From assembly GCA_963770895.1 (NCBI GenBank), contig CAVYRF010000002.1, forward strand, positions 1,632,001 through 1,696,000: a stretch of DNA of 64,000 nucleotides. Reading direction: 5' to 3'. The notes beneath the pieces are model-generated. The model was given only the letters and a program-made list of their open reading frames with translations, did not search any database and was not told where the DNA came from. Both the position numbers and the translations under genes were made by a program. Of the stretch, positions 48,862 through 60,568 are shown in pieces; within the stretch, counting starts at the first letter, position 1, and each line of letters opens with the position of its first letter. The stretch comes from an uncultured Acidobacteriota bacterium (GTDB taxonomy: Bacteria; Acidobacteriota; Thermoanaerobaculia; Multivoradales; UBA5704).

Positions 48862-50454
48862 ATGAAGAATCGACCCCAACGCCAACGCGAGCGCGGCCAG
48901 GACTGGTCGCCGTTTGTGCGCGCCGAGCGACCGGTGGAGCCATTTGCTGCCCATGGGCGGTTTCGGCTGGGGGTGGCGTACGCCAACACCTACCATGTCG
49001 CGATGTCCAGCCTGGGGTTCCAGCGGCTGTACGAGCTGGTGCACCGGCGGCCCGAGTGGGTGGCGGAGCGCTATTTTGCCGACGGGGTGGGTATGCCGCT
49101 TTCGGTGGAGAGCGGGCGCCCGGCCAGCGAGATGACCTGCCTGGCGTTTTCGGTGTCGTTCGAGCAGGACTTTGTCAATCTGCTCGCCATGCTGGACCGC
49201 GCCGGCATCCCGCTGCGGCGCAGCGAGCGCGGGCCCTGGCACCCGCTCATCGTCATGGGCGGCTCCTGCGCGTCGATCAACCCGCTGCCGATGGCGCACT
49301 TTGTCGACGTCTTCGCCCTGGGGGCCGCCGAAAACGTGCTGCCGCCGCTGCTTGCGGCGCTCGAAGAGGAAGACGACCGCGACGCCGTCATCGAACGCCT
49401 GGCGGCCCAGGACGGCTTCTACGTGCCCGCCTACCACCAGGTCGAAGACGACGGCAGTGAGATCGGCGCCGTCAGGAAGCTCAACAAGCTGGAGCTCACC
49501 GCCGAGCAGATGCGGCAGCCGGGGTATCTGCCGACCACCACGATCGTCACGCCGCGCACCGAGTTTGCCGACAAGTTCCTGATCGAGATGTCGCGCGGCT
49601 GTCCGGAAAAGTGCCGCTACTGCTGGGCCACGTTCGGCATGGGGCGCTTCCGCTGGCATCCTGCCGACGCCATCCTGGGATCCCTGGAGCGCGCCCGCCG
49701 GGTCACCGACCAGCTGGGCTTTGTCGCCACCGCGGTGGGGGACCATCCCGAGATCGAGCGCATCCTGCGCGAAGCCAACACGATGGGGTTTCGCACCTCG
49801 GTGTCGTCGATCCGCATTCCGGCGGTGACGCCGGCGGTGCTGGCGGCGTTGCACGCCTCGGGCGACCGCTCCATCACCCTGGCGCCCGAAACTGGCACCG
49901 ACGAGCTGCGCATCAAGATGGGCAAGCCGATCTCCAACCAGACGCTGCTCGAAAAGGTGCGGCTCATCTTCCGCCACGGCTTCACCCAGCTCAAGCTCTA
50001 CTTCATCGTCGGCCTGCCGGACGAAACGCTGGACGACGTGCACGGCATCGTCGAGCTGGCGGCGCAGGTGCGCGCCGCGATGCTCGCGGAGTGCACCGCG
50101 ACCGGCGTGATCGGCCACATCCACCTGGGCGTCAACGTCCTGGTGCCCAAGCCCTACACCCCCTGGCAGCGCCAGCCGATGGACGATCCCAGGAGCTTGC
50201 GCGAGAAGATCACGCTGCTCAAGCGCGGCTTGTCCCACCTGCCGAACGTCTCGCTGGGGTCGATCTCGGTGCGCCAGGCGGTGTGGCAGACCTACGTGAG
50301 CAAGGCTGGCAGCGACGCCGCCGACCTGCTGGAGCTGGCCGCGCGCGGCGAGCCGTTGACCTCGATTCTGCAGCGCTTCGCGCCGCGCATCGACGCCCAG
50401 GTGTTCCAGCACCTGGAGGGCGACCTGCGCTGGCACTTCATGCGCCAGGCCTGA
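48862..50454 (+). CDS. Radical SAM protein (B12-binding-like N-terminus, TIGR03960-like)
   Basis: SRGCPEKCRYC CX3CX2C motif, TLAPETG, KLYFIVGLPDET, PKPYTPWQ. Confidence 0.88.
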   Translation: MKNRPQRQRERGQDWSPFVRAERPVEPFAAHGRFRLGVAYANTYHVAMSSLGFQRLYELVHRRPEWVAERYFADGVGMPLSVESGRPASEMTCLAFSVSFEQDFVNLLAMLDRAGIPLRRSERGPWHPLIVMGGSCASINPLPMAHFVDVFALGAAENVLPPLLAALEEEDDRDAVIERLAAQDGFYVPAYHQVEDDGSEIGAVRKLNKLELTAEQMRQPGYLPTTTIVTPRTEFADKFLIEMSRGCPEKCRYCWATFGMGRFRWHPADAILGSLERARRVTDQLGFVATAVGDHPEIERILREANTMGFRTSVSSIRIPAVTPAVLAALHASGDRSITLAPETGTDELRIKMGKPISNQTLLEKVRLIFRHGFTQLKLYFIVGLPDETLDDVHGIVELAAQVRAAMLAECTATGVIGHIHLGVNVLVPKPYTPWQRQPMDDPRSLREKITLLKRGLSHLPNVSLGSISVRQAVWQTYVSKAGSDAADLLELAARGEPLTSILQRFAPRIDAQVFQHLEGDLRWHFMRQA

Positions 50455-51394
50455 GCGCCTCTTCCTCCTCGGCCGCGGCCCCATCCCCCGCGGCTCCGGC
50501 CGCCGGCGCTTCGCCGCCGGGAGCCAGGACCAGCAGCCGCTGCGGCGCGAGCCGCACGTGCACCGACTCCCCCTCCCCGACCGGGTCGCCGTCGACCTGC
50601 ATGGCCGAGCCGGGAGGCACGCTGAACACCACCTCGCTCACCTCCTGCACCGCGACGTCGGCACGCGCGATGTGCCTGCCGCGCACCACGTCCAAAATAA
50701 AGCCCAGGGTGGCGGCGCGCCCGCGGCCGCGAAAGACCACCAGCTCGAACTTGCGGCTGTCGGGCCGCGCCCGCGGCGCCATGCGGAAGTTGCCTCCGTA
50801 ATACGGGATGTTCGACACCGTCAGAAAGGTGGCCGGCGCCAGCCGCCGCCCGTCGGCCTCGATCTCAAGGTCGGGATAGGCGTAGCGCCACCACTCGCGC
50901 ACCCCTTGCAGCAGCACCGCGGTGCGCCCCAGCCGCGATTTGAAGTCGCGGTCCAGGGTCGTCAGGGCGCGGGCGTCCAGGCCGGCCGAGGTCATCATCA
51001 GGAACACGCTCATGCCTGCCATGCCGACGTCGACGGGTCGCGGCGCCAGGCCGCAGAGCAGGGCGGCCGCCGCCACCGGGTCGCGCGGCAGGCCGAGCGC
51101 GAGCGCCATCAGGTTCACCGTGCCGCCGGGCAGGATCCCCAGGTGGGTGGAGGTGCCCAGCAGGCCCGCCGCGACCTCGCGCGCGGTGCCGTCGCCGCCC
51201 AGCGCGAAAACCGCCTCCATACGGTGCTCCCGCGCCAGCTCGCCGGCCAGCTCGGTGGCCTGGCCCGGCCCGGTGGTGGGCACCGGCGCCAGCTCGAGGT
51301 CCGCCCGCCGGCAGGCGGTGACGATGGCGTCGATGGTTTTTTCGTGCCGTCCCCGCCCCGCCGCCGGGTTATAGATCAACGCGCCGTGCCGCAC
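50438..51394 (-). CDS. Diacylglycerol/lipid kinase family protein (YegS/DagK-like)
   Basis: NPAAG, GGDGT, LPGGTVN, YYGG, QVDGD. Confidence 0.9.
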   Translation of the reverse strand: MRHGALIYNPAAGRGRHEKTIDAIVTACRRADLELAPVPTTGPGQATELAGELAREHRMEAVFALGGDGTAREVAAGLLGTSTHLGILPGGTVNLMALALGLPRDPVAAAALLCGLAPRPVDVGMAGMSVFLMMTSAGLDARALTTLDRDFKSRLGRTAVLLQGVREWWRYAYPDLEIEADGRRLAPATFLTVSNIPYYGGNFRMAPRARPDSRKFELVVFRGRGRAATLGFILDVVRGRHIARADVAVQEVSEVVFSVPPGSAMQVDGDPVGEGESVHVRLAPQRLLVLAPGGEAPAAGAAGDGAAAEEEEALRPGA

Positions 51395-51419
51395 CGTGTG
51401 CCTTTCGCGAGGAGAGGGA

Positions 51420-52445
51420 TCAGAAGAGCCGCCCGGAAGTGCCGTGCCGCGGCGGCATCCCGAGGTGCTCGTAGGCGCGCCGGGTGGCGACCCGCCCCCT
51501 GGGGGTACGCTGCAGGAAACCCTCCTGGATCAGGAAGGGCTCGTACAGGTCTTCGAGCGTCCCCGCGTCTTCGCCCACCGCCGCCGCCAGCGCCTTGAGC
51601 CCCGCGGGGCCGCCGTCGTAGTGCTCGATGAGCGTGGTCAGCAGCTTGCGGTCGACGTCTTCGAAGCCGTATTCGTCCACCTCCAGCAGCGCCAGCGCCC
51701 GGCGCGCCGCGTCCAGGTCGACGCGCGCCGCCCGCTCGACCTGGGCGAAGTCGCGCACCCGCCGCAGCAGGCGATTGGCCACGCGCGGCGTGCCGCGGCT
51801 GCGGCGCGCCAGCTCGCCGGCGCCGTCGGGGTCGATGGCGATGGCGAGCAGCCGCGCCGACCGGGCGATGATCTGCGTCAGCTCTTCGGGGTGGTAGAAG
51901 TCCAGCCGGTGCACGATGCCGAACCGCGCCCGCAACGGCGCGCTGATCAGGCCGGCGCGCGTGGTGGCGCCCACCAGGGTGAAGCGGGGCAGCGTCAGCT
52001 TCACGGTGCGGGCGGCCGGCCCCTGGCCGACCACCAGGTCCAGCCGGTAGTCCTCCAGCGCCGGATACAGGATCTCTTCGACCGCCGGCCCCAGGCGATG
52101 GATCTCGTCGATGAACAGCACCTCGCCCGCTTCCAGGTTGGTCAGGATCGCCGCCAGGTCGCCTGCACGCTCCAGCACCGGACCCGAAGTGACCCGCAGC
52201 GGCGCCCCCATCTCGCTCGCGATCAGGTGCGCCAGCGTCGTCTTGCCCAGCCCCGGAGGGCCGAACAGCAGCGTGTGATCCAGGCTTTCCCGGCGCTCGC
52301 GCGCCGCGCGGATGAAGACCCGCAGGTTGTCGACCACCTTGCGCTGGCCGACGTATTCCGTCAGCTCGCGCGGCCGCAGCGACGGCTCGACCCCCAGGTC
52401 CTCCGGGTCGGGCACCCCGGAAAGCAGCCGCTCGTCAGGAACCAT
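51420..52445 (-). CDS. ruvB: Holliday junction branch migration helicase RuvB
   Basis: [36 protein letters not shown]. Confidence 0.98.
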   Translation of the reverse strand: MVPDERLLSGVPDPEDLGVEPSLRPRELTEYVGQRKVVDNLRVFIRAARERRESLDHTLLFGPPGLGKTTLAHLIASEMGAPLRVTSGPVLERAGDLAAILTNLEAGEVLFIDEIHRLGPAVEEILYPALEDYRLDLVVGQGPAARTVKLTLPRFTLVGATTRAGLISAPLRARFGIVHRLDFYHPEELTQIIARSARLLAIAIDPDGAGELARRSRGTPRVANRLLRRVRDFAQVERAARVDLDAARRALALLEVDEYGFEDVDRKLLTTLIEHYDGGPAGLKALAAAVGEDAGTLEDLYEPFLIQEGFLQRTPRGRVATRRAYEHLGMPPRHGTSGRLF

Positions 52446-52503
52446 GCGGCCATTCTAACCGCGCCGGCCCGCCCCGCCCGTCCAATCTGCCAACGCGGCG
52501 CGG

Positions 52504-53124
52504 TCAGGCGCGCGACAGGCGGTTGAGGCTGGCGCGCAGCAGGTCCTGGAAGGCGGCCTCGGGGCGGTCGCGCCGGGCGTCGGCCACGGCGCGTTCGGCC
52601 TGCGCCTGCCGGTAGCCCAGGTTGACCAGGGCGGACACGACGTCGTGGTCGGCCGGTGCCGCCGCGGCCGTGGCCGCGCGCGGCAGCTCGGCGGCCAGCT
52701 CGCGCACCTTGTCGCGCAGCTCCAGCACCATGCGCTCGGCGGTCTTCTTGCCGATGCCGGGGATGGTGGCCAGCCGCGCCAGGTCGCCGGCGGCCAGGGC
52801 CGCCAGCAGGTCGTCGGTGGGCATGCCCGAAAGCACCACCCGCGCCAGCCGCGGGCCGATGCCCGACACCGAGATGAGCTTTTCGAACAGCGCTCGTTCG
52901 CGCTCGCTCCAGAAACCGAACAGAGCGATGCCGTCGTCGCGCAGGTGGGTGTGGATGAAGAGCCGCACCTGGCCGGCCGCGGCGCCCCCGCCCCCGGCGC
53001 AGGCACGCTCCACCTCGTAGAACGTCGACAGCGGGATGTGCACGTCGTAGCCCACGCCGTGCACGTCCACCAGCACGCGCTCGGGGCTGAACTGCAGCAC
53101 CGTTCCCTGGAGGTGGCCGATCAT
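52504..53124 (-). CDS. ruvA: Holliday junction binding protein RuvA
   Basis: MIGHLQG, GVGY, VSGIGPRLA, IPGIGKKTAER, ALVNLGY. Confidence 0.97.
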   Translation of the reverse strand: MIGHLQGTVLQFSPERVLVDVHGVGYDVHIPLSTFYEVERACAGGGGAAAGQVRLFIHTHLRDDGIALFGFWSERERALFEKLISVSGIGPRLARVVLSGMPTDDLLAALAAGDLARLATIPGIGKKTAERMVLELRDKVRELAAELPRAATAAAAPADHDVVSALVNLGYRQAQAERAVADARRDRPEAAFQDLLRASLNRLSRA

Positions 53125-53153
53125 CGGTGCGGCTCAGGCCGGCGGACGGTCCG

Positions 53154-55133
53154 CTAGCCGGCCTGCCCAGCCGGCAGCGGCATGCCGTCCGGTCCGACGC
53201 CCAGGGTGCTGAGCAGCTGGCTGTTGTACTCCAGCCCCAGCTCGCGCTGACGGCGCTCGATGAGCGCGCCGACGATGGTGTTGAGGCGCTGCTGCACCAG
53301 GCCCCGCCGCGTCTGATCCTTGGCCGCCGCGTACTTGGCCGGATCCCAGCTCTTGCGCTCCAGCACCTCGAACAGCACGGCGCCCGCGGCATCGGTCACC
53401 GGGCCGCCGACCTTGCCGACGGGCAGGCTCATCGCCAGCTTGGCCAGCTGCGGGCTGCCGCCCAGGCCCGGAATCGAGCCGCTGGCGCCGAACTCGGGGC
53501 TCTCCTTGGCCGGCACCGCCAGCTCGGCCGCCACCTGGTCGAACGTCTTGCCCTTCTCGATCTCCTGGCGGGCCGCGGTCAGGCGCTCCAGCGCCTTCTC
53601 TTCCTGCTTGCGGGTGAAGAGCGCCTGCCGCACCTTGCCCTCCACCTCGGATTGGTCGGCCGCATGCGGCTGATAGACCGTCTTGACGAAGGCGATCGCC
53701 CAGCCGCGCGGCACCTCGACGGCGCCGGTCAGGTCGCCCGCCTTGGCGGCGAAGAACGCCGAGTTGAAGGACGGCGCCATCCCGAGGCCGGACACCGGAT
53801 CCTGCTGGCCGATCCGCTTGATCGGGGTGAAGACGACGCCGGGGTTGTCCTTGGCCAGCGCCTGCAAGGCGTCGTCGTTCTTGGGCTTCTGGCCGGCGAG
53901 CTTGGCGGCCAGGTCCTTGGCCTTGCTTTCCGCCAGCTGGCGGGCCTTGTCGAACGACAGCCGCGAGCGGATCTGCGGCGTCACTTCGGCCAGCGGCTGC
54001 ACGCCGCCCGGCCGGCGGCCGGTGACCAGCAGCAGGTGGTAGCCGAAGGGCGACTTGATCGGCCCGACCAGCTGTCCGGCTCCCTTGATCTTGTCAGGGG
54101 TGACCGAAAACGCCGCGTCTTCGAATTCCTTGACCATCCTGCCGCGGCCGAAGAAGCCCAGGTCGCCGCCGTTGGCCTTGCTGCCGGGGTCCTCGGAAAC
54201 CTGCCGCGCCACGGCGCCGAAGTCTTCGCCCTTGTCGACCCGCCGCTTGGCGTCGTCGATCTTCTGCCGCGCCTGGGCATCGGTCTGCTTGTCGTTGACC
54301 ATCACCAGGATGTGGCTGGCCCGCACCTGTTCGTCCTGCTTGAACTCCTCCTGGTGATCCTTGTAGTAGGCCTGCAGGTCGGCGTCGGAGATCTGCACCT
54401 GGTCGAGCAGCCGGCTGGGTTCGACCAGCAGGTAGCTGCCGTCGCGCTGCTCGGGCAGGCGATAGTCCTGGCGGTGCTGCTGGAAGTAAGCGCTCACTTC
54501 GGCCGGCGGCACCACCACGTCGGCAAAGCGCGCCCGCGGCAGCTCGACGTAGCGCACCTTGGCGCGCTCCACCTGGTCGCGATAGGTGCGCTCGACTTCG
54601 GAATCGCTGATGTAGAGATCGGCTTCGAGCGCTTCGAGCAGCTTTTGCCGCATGAGATCCTGGCGCTCCACCTCCTCGAAGCCGGCGACGGTCCAGCCCA
54701 TCCGCTGCAGGACCTGCTGGTAGCGCGCGTCGCCGATGAATTGGCCCTGGTCGTCGTGGAAGGTGTCCATCAGGGCGTCGCGCAGCTCGTCGTCGGTCAC
54801 CTTGAGACCGATCCGCCGCGCCTCCATCAGCAGGATCGCCTGGGTCACCGCCTGGTTGAGCGCCTTGAACCCGACGTTCATCTGCTTGGCCATGGCCGGC
54901 GTGTACTGTTCGCCGTACATCTGGCGGTTGCGCTCGTCCAGCGCCCGGTAGACGTGCTGGAAGTCATTCTGCGAGATGGTCGTGCCGCCGATCTTGGCCG
55001 CCCACGAGGCGTTGTTTCTGCCGGTGCGGATGCCGGTGCCGAAATCGACGAAGACGAAAAGCACGAACAGACCGATAATGACCCACAGAATCCAGCTTAA
55101 GTACTTGACGTTTTCGCGGAGCACCTTGAGCAT
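53154..55133 (-). CDS. PpiD/SurA-like membrane-anchored parvulin chaperone
   Basis: N-terminal TM, SurA-N region, rotamase RASHIL...SEDPGSKANGGDLG...SPFGYH; start placed at MLKVLREN. Confidence 0.9.
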   Translation of the reverse strand: MLKVLRENVKYLSWILWVIIGLFVLFVFVDFGTGIRTGRNNASWAAKIGGTTISQNDFQHVYRALDERNRQMYGEQYTPAMAKQMNVGFKALNQAVTQAILLMEARRIGLKVTDDELRDALMDTFHDDQGQFIGDARYQQVLQRMGWTVAGFEEVERQDLMRQKLLEALEADLYISDSEVERTYRDQVERAKVRYVELPRARFADVVVPPAEVSAYFQQHRQDYRLPEQRDGSYLLVEPSRLLDQVQISDADLQAYYKDHQEEFKQDEQVRASHILVMVNDKQTDAQARQKIDDAKRRVDKGEDFGAVARQVSEDPGSKANGGDLGFFGRGRMVKEFEDAAFSVTPDKIKGAGQLVGPIKSPFGYHLLLVTGRRPGGVQPLAEVTPQIRSRLSFDKARQLAESKAKDLAAKLAGQKPKNDDALQALAKDNPGVVFTPIKRIGQQDPVSGLGMAPSFNSAFFAAKAGDLTGAVEVPRGWAIAFVKTVYQPHAADQSEVEGKVRQALFTRKQEEKALERLTAARQEIEKGKTFDQVAAELAVPAKESPEFGASGSIPGLGGSPQLAKLAMSLPVGKVGGPVTDAAGAVLFEVLERKSWDPAKYAAAKDQTRRGLVQQRLNTIVGALIERRQRELGLEYNSQLLSTLGVGPDGMPLPAGQAG

Positions 55134-55269
55134 ACACCGACTCCTTTCGCTCCGGGCCGCCTGGCGCCGGAGGGACCAGCACTTTACCAGCGGCGCCCCC
55201 CGCGCGACAACCGGGGAGGGGGCTGCGCCGGTCGCCTCGCCGTCCGCGGCGGCGCGGGCAGGCGCCCCC

Positions 55270-57072
55270 GTGGCGGTCGCCGCGGTCGCCGCGGGCCTGG
55301 CCGCGCTGCTGGTCCTGCTGCTCGCCTTTGCGCTCCAGCCGCTGGTGCACGACGACCTGTTCTGGCACCTGCGCACCGGCCAATGGATCGCCGCGCACCA
55401 CCGGGTGCCGCTGACCGACCTGTTCTCCTACACCCGCTTCGGCGCGCGCTGGATCACCCACGAATGGGGGTTTTCCCTGCTCAGCCACCTGGTCTGGCGC
55501 GCCGGCGGCGCCGGCGGCCTGGTGCTGCTGACCGTGCTGCTGACCGCCGGCACCTTCGCCGCCGTGGCCTGGCGCGCCCTGGCGCTGGCGCCCCCCGCGG
55601 CGGACGGGCCCGGCCGCCGGCCCGCTTCCCACCGGCTGCTGCTGCTGGCCCTGCTGGCGCTCGGCCTGTGGGCAGGGTCGCCCGAGATCTTCCTGCGCGC
55701 GGCGCTGGCCGGCGAGCTGCTGCTGGCCCTGGCGCTGGCCGCGATCACCGCCTACGGCAGGAGCGGCCGGCGCCGCTGGCTGGTCGCCCTGGCGGCGCTC
55801 TTCTGGGTGTGGGCCAACGTCCATTCCGGGGTGCTGTTCGGCCTGCTGATCCTGGCGCTCTACGCCCTGGAGGCGGCGGTCCGACGGGCCGCGGCGACGG
55901 CGCTCTGGCTGGGGACGCTGGCGGCCGCGGCGGCGCTCACCCTGGTCAATCCCAACGGTCTGGACGCGCCGCTCTACCCGCTGCTGCTCAGCCGCATCCT
56001 GTTCGCGAGCGGCATCCCCTGGGAGCTGGGGCACTTCACCGCCGCCGCGCCGGCGGGGCCGACCGCCGCGCTCTGGCTGCTCGCGGTGCTGCTGCTGCTG
56101 GCGCTCCTGCCGCTGGCACAGGTGCGTCGTCTGGGGGGCGCCGAGGCGGCGACGATGGCCTTTTTCGCCCTTGCCAGCGTGCGCTCCCACCGCTTCGTCT
56201 TCGACCTGGTGGTGGTGGCGCTGCCGACGCTCTACAAGCTGTTGGTGCTGCCGCCGCCGTCGCCCCCGTCGTCCGGTGCGGCGCGCCTGCGCGGCCTGGC
56301 GGGCCGCCCGGCGCTGGCGGCTGCCGTAGCGCTCCTCTTCCTGCTGCCGCTGGCCCCCCTGCCGCTCACCGCCGCCGCGGCCTGGGCGCGCCGGCCGCCC
56401 GCCGCCGGCGGCCTGATCGCCGAGCCCTTTCCCGAGGCGGCCCTGCGCTTTGTCGTCCGCCAGGGGATCGCCGGACCGCACGACCGCATCTTCAACGCCC
56501 AGAACCTGGGCGGTTTCATCGGCTGGCGCCTGGGCGTGCCGGTCTTCTGGGACGGCCGCAACGACGTCTTTGCCGAGCTGGTGCGCCAGGTGGCGACGAC
56601 GCCCTTCGGCCTCACCGCCAGCCGCCACCAGTTCGACTACCTGCTGATCACCGAGCACGACCTGCCCGGCATTCAACCCGAGATCGCCGCCGGCCGCTGG
56701 GGGCTGGTCTACTGGGACGACTTCAACGCCCTCTACCTGCGGCGCGACCAGCGCTACGCGCCGCTCCTGGCGCGGCTGGAGCTGCGTCTGTTGCCGCCCT
56801 TCGGCGGCAGCCCCGGCCTGAGCGCCTGGATCGCCGCCGCCGGCGCGCCCGCCGCCGCCGCGGCGCGCGCCGAGCTCGCCCAGGTGCTGGCGGCCAACCC
56901 GGCCAACCAGCGCGCCCTCTACTTCTCGGCGGTGATCAGCCTCGACCGCGGCGAACCGCGCCGCGCCGCGCAGGAGCTGGCCGCGGCCGCCCGCATCCGC
57001 CCCTCGGAGGAGGTCGATCGCGCCTGGGACCTGCTGCGCCACACGCCTGTGGTATATTCGGCGGCCCACTGA
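55270..57072 (+). CDS. Multi-pass membrane protein, possible GT-C-type glycosyltransferase with C-terminal TPR-like helix (start uncertain)
   Basis: DLFWHLRTG, HEWGF, WANVHSG, DGRND motifs; many TM segments. Confidence 0.7.
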   Translation: MAVAAVAAGLAALLVLLLAFALQPLVHDDLFWHLRTGQWIAAHHRVPLTDLFSYTRFGARWITHEWGFSLLSHLVWRAGGAGGLVLLTVLLTAGTFAAVAWRALALAPPAADGPGRRPASHRLLLLALLALGLWAGSPEIFLRAALAGELLLALALAAITAYGRSGRRRWLVALAALFWVWANVHSGVLFGLLILALYALEAAVRRAAATALWLGTLAAAAALTLVNPNGLDAPLYPLLLSRILFASGIPWELGHFTAAAPAGPTAALWLLAVLLLLALLPLAQVRRLGGAEAATMAFFALASVRSHRFVFDLVVVALPTLYKLLVLPPPSPPSSGAARLRGLAGRPALAAAVALLFLLPLAPLPLTAAAAWARRPPAAGGLIAEPFPEAALRFVVRQGIAGPHDRIFNAQNLGGFIGWRLGVPVFWDGRNDVFAELVRQVATTPFGLTASRHQFDYLLITEHDLPGIQPEIAAGRWGLVYWDDFNALYLRRDQRYAPLLARLELRLLPPFGGSPGLSAWIAAAGAPAAAAARAELAQVLAANPANQRALYFSAVISLDRGEPRRAAQELAAAARIRPSEEVDRAWDLLRHTPVVYSAAH

Positions 57073-57095
57073 GAAGAAGAGAAAGGGATGCTCAG

Positions 57096-58562
57096 GTGCC
57101 TGCGCTGCCCTCCCGCAAGCCGATCCGCACGCGCAAAGACTGGTACAGCATCTCGGTAGACACCCTCCGTGGCTGGTTCTTCCTCTCCCTGCTGGCGGTG
57201 GCCCTGGTGCTCGGCTACATGGCGTACCGCTCGTGGGAACGCCGCCAGATGGAGCGCGACTCGCGCCGGGTGATCGAGGAAGACCAGCAGCTGCTCAACC
57301 GCGTCAGCGCCGACCTCAAGCTGGGTGAGTTCAAGAGCGAATACGACGCCGGCAAGGAGCGCTGGCAGGAAGCGCGCGGCGAGCTCGCCCAGGGCGACTT
57401 CCGCGCCGCCCTGACCAGCGCGGTCACCAGCCGCAAGCTCCTGCAATCGATCTTCGACAGCCTGGCGCTGACCAACTCGGGCGGCCAGGCGCAGTTCATC
57501 TCGCTGTCCGGCGACGTGGAGTTCAAACGCGCCGAGGGCGGCGCCTGGGAAGAAGCGCGCAACCGGCTGGCCCTGGCCGCCGGCGACACGGTGCGCACCG
57601 GCGACGGCGGCTCCGCCGAAATCGTCTTCCTGGACGGCACGCTGTACACCGTGCGGTCCAACACCCAGTTCGTCATCGCCCAGGGCGCCCCGGCGGCGGG
57701 CGGCGGCGCCGGGGGGGCCGGTTCCGAGGCGGCCGGGCAGGCCATCCAGATGGAGTACGGCTGGGTCAACCTGAACACCTCGACCCGCCCCAGCCAGGTG
57801 AAGACTCCGGGCGCCACCGCCAGCGTGCGCGAAGATTCGGAAGCCTTCGTGACCTACGACCGCGATGCCAACCGCGGACGCTTCGGCGCCGTGCGCGGCA
57901 CCATGGAGCTGGCCGCCCGCGGCGGCATGACCCGCCAGCTGGGCGAGCTGCAGCAGGTGGTGCAGACCGGCGACCTGCTGTCGCAGACGCAAAAGCTGCC
58001 GGCGCCTCCCGAGCCGGTCGAGCCCGCCGACAACCGCGAGCTGGACCTGACCCATACCGCGAGCGTCGTGCTCGCCTGGAACCCGGTTGCCGGCGCGCCC
58101 CGCTATGCGCTGCAGGTGTCGCGCAACCACCTCTTTGCCGACAACCTGATCAGTGTCGAAAATCGCGCCCGGCCCAAGGCCACCCTGGGCCTGCGCGGCG
58201 AGGGGACGTTCTTCTGGCGCGTCGCCGCCTTCAGCCGCGAGGGTTTCGAGGGGCCGTGGAGCCGGCCGCGCAAGTTTCGCGTCGCCACTTTCAAGGCCGC
58301 CGGCGACAAGCCGGGGCCGCCGCTCGAATTGGAGCTCGTGGACGTCAAATCGTACGGTAGTATCTTTATCGTCGCCGGCCGCTGTACACCCGGCGCGCGG
58401 CTTGAAATCAACGGCGAGCAGGCCGACGTCGGCGTCGACGGCTCGTTCAAGAAAACGGTGCAGTTCAACAAGGAAGGGTGGGGCGCCATCGAAGTCCGCG
58501 CCCGCGACCGGTGGGGCAGCGAAACGGTTCGCCGCCGGCGCGTGCTGGTTGAGAGTCAATAG
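57096..58562 (+). CDS. Single-TM protein with a FecR-like domain and FN3/Ig-like C-terminal domains
   Basis: TM segment, GDTVRTGDGGSAEIVFLDGT FecR-like motif, WNPV...YALQVS...FFWRV FN3-like motifs. Confidence 0.75.
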   Translation: MPALPSRKPIRTRKDWYSISVDTLRGWFFLSLLAVALVLGYMAYRSWERRQMERDSRRVIEEDQQLLNRVSADLKLGEFKSEYDAGKERWQEARGELAQGDFRAALTSAVTSRKLLQSIFDSLALTNSGGQAQFISLSGDVEFKRAEGGAWEEARNRLALAAGDTVRTGDGGSAEIVFLDGTLYTVRSNTQFVIAQGAPAAGGGAGGAGSEAAGQAIQMEYGWVNLNTSTRPSQVKTPGATASVREDSEAFVTYDRDANRGRFGAVRGTMELAARGGMTRQLGELQQVVQTGDLLSQTQKLPAPPEPVEPADNRELDLTHTASVVLAWNPVAGAPRYALQVSRNHLFADNLISVENRARPKATLGLRGEGTFFWRVAAFSREGFEGPWSRPRKFRVATFKAAGDKPGPPLELELVDVKSYGSIFIVAGRCTPGARLEINGEQADVGVDGSFKKTVQFNKEGWGAIEVRARDRWGSETVRRRRVLVESQ

Positions 58563-59678
<1,116 letters not shown>

Positions 59679-59716
59679 CCATGCCGGCGGTTGCGACCTG
59701 AAGCCGGGGGCGATCT

Positions 59717-60568
59717 GTGGATGAGCGCCGCACCGGCTACCTGCTGATCGTCCTGCTGCTGGCGCAGCTGGTGCTGGTGGCGATCGAGGGCGCCCGCGGC
59801 AGCCGTTCGCACACCTATATCGAAGTTGCCGGCCTGCGCCTGCTGGGGCCGGTGGCCCACTCGGTCGCCAGCGCCACGCAGTCGGTGGCGGGCGTCGGCC
59901 GCGACGTCCGGCTGCAGGGCCAGCTGCTCGACGAGAACCGGCGCCTGCGCCGCGAAGTCGAGGAGCTGCACCTGCGCCTGCTGCGCCTGGCCGACGTGGA
60001 GCAGGACCTGGCGCGGCTGGGCGCGGCGGTGCGCTACAGCGCCCCGCTGCTGGGTGAGATCCGCGCCGTGGACGTGGTGTACGCCGACCACACCTCGTGG
60101 CTGCGGTCCGTCATGCTCTACACCGGCGCTCACCCGGCGGTGGTCAACCAGCCCGTGCTGTCCGCCGGCGGTCTGGTCGGCCGGGTGGTGGTCGTCGCCG
60201 GCCCGTTTGCCAAGGTGCAGCTGATCACCGACCGCGCCGCGGCGGTGGGCGGCATGATCTCGCGCACCCGCCGCCAGGGGGTGGTGCACGGCAGCGGCCT
60301 GGAAGACGGCAGCCTCAGCCTCGAATACGTGCCGCTGTCCGCCGACGTGCAGCCCGGCGACCGGGTGCTGACCGCCGGCATCGACGGCGTGTTCCCCCGC
60401 GGCATCCCGGTGGGGACGGTGGTCGCGGTCGACGCGGGCGGCCAGCTTTTCCACAAGATCCGCCTGGCCCCCGCCGTCGATTTCGGCACCCTCGACCAGG
60501 TCTACCTGCTGCAGAGCGTCGCGGTTCCGCCGGAGCTCGCCAAGGCCCTTCCCGGTGCGCATCGCTAA
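59717..60568 (+). CDS. mreC: Rod shape-determining protein MreC
   Basis: TM + coiled coil, GLVGRV, VQLITD, GVFPRGIPVG. Confidence 0.92.
   Translation: MDERRTGYLLIVLLLAQLVLVAIEGARGSRSHTYIEVAGLRLLGPVAHSVASATQSVAGVGRDVRLQGQLLDENRRLRREVEELHLRLLRLADVEQDLARLGAAVRYSAPLLGEIRAVDVVYADHTSWLRSVMLYTGAHPAVVNQPVLSAGGLVGRVVVVAGPFAKVQLITDRAAAVGGMISRTRRQGVVHGSGLEDGSLSLEYVPLSADVQPGDRVLTAGIDGVFPRGIPVGTVVAVDAGGQLFHKIRLAPAVDFGTLDQVYLLQSVAVPPELAKALPGAHR

Noticed and set aside
55383-58562. 1059-aa ORF as one protein
   Set aside because: The first 571 codons are an alternative frame over the membrane-protein gene; the real start is near 57096
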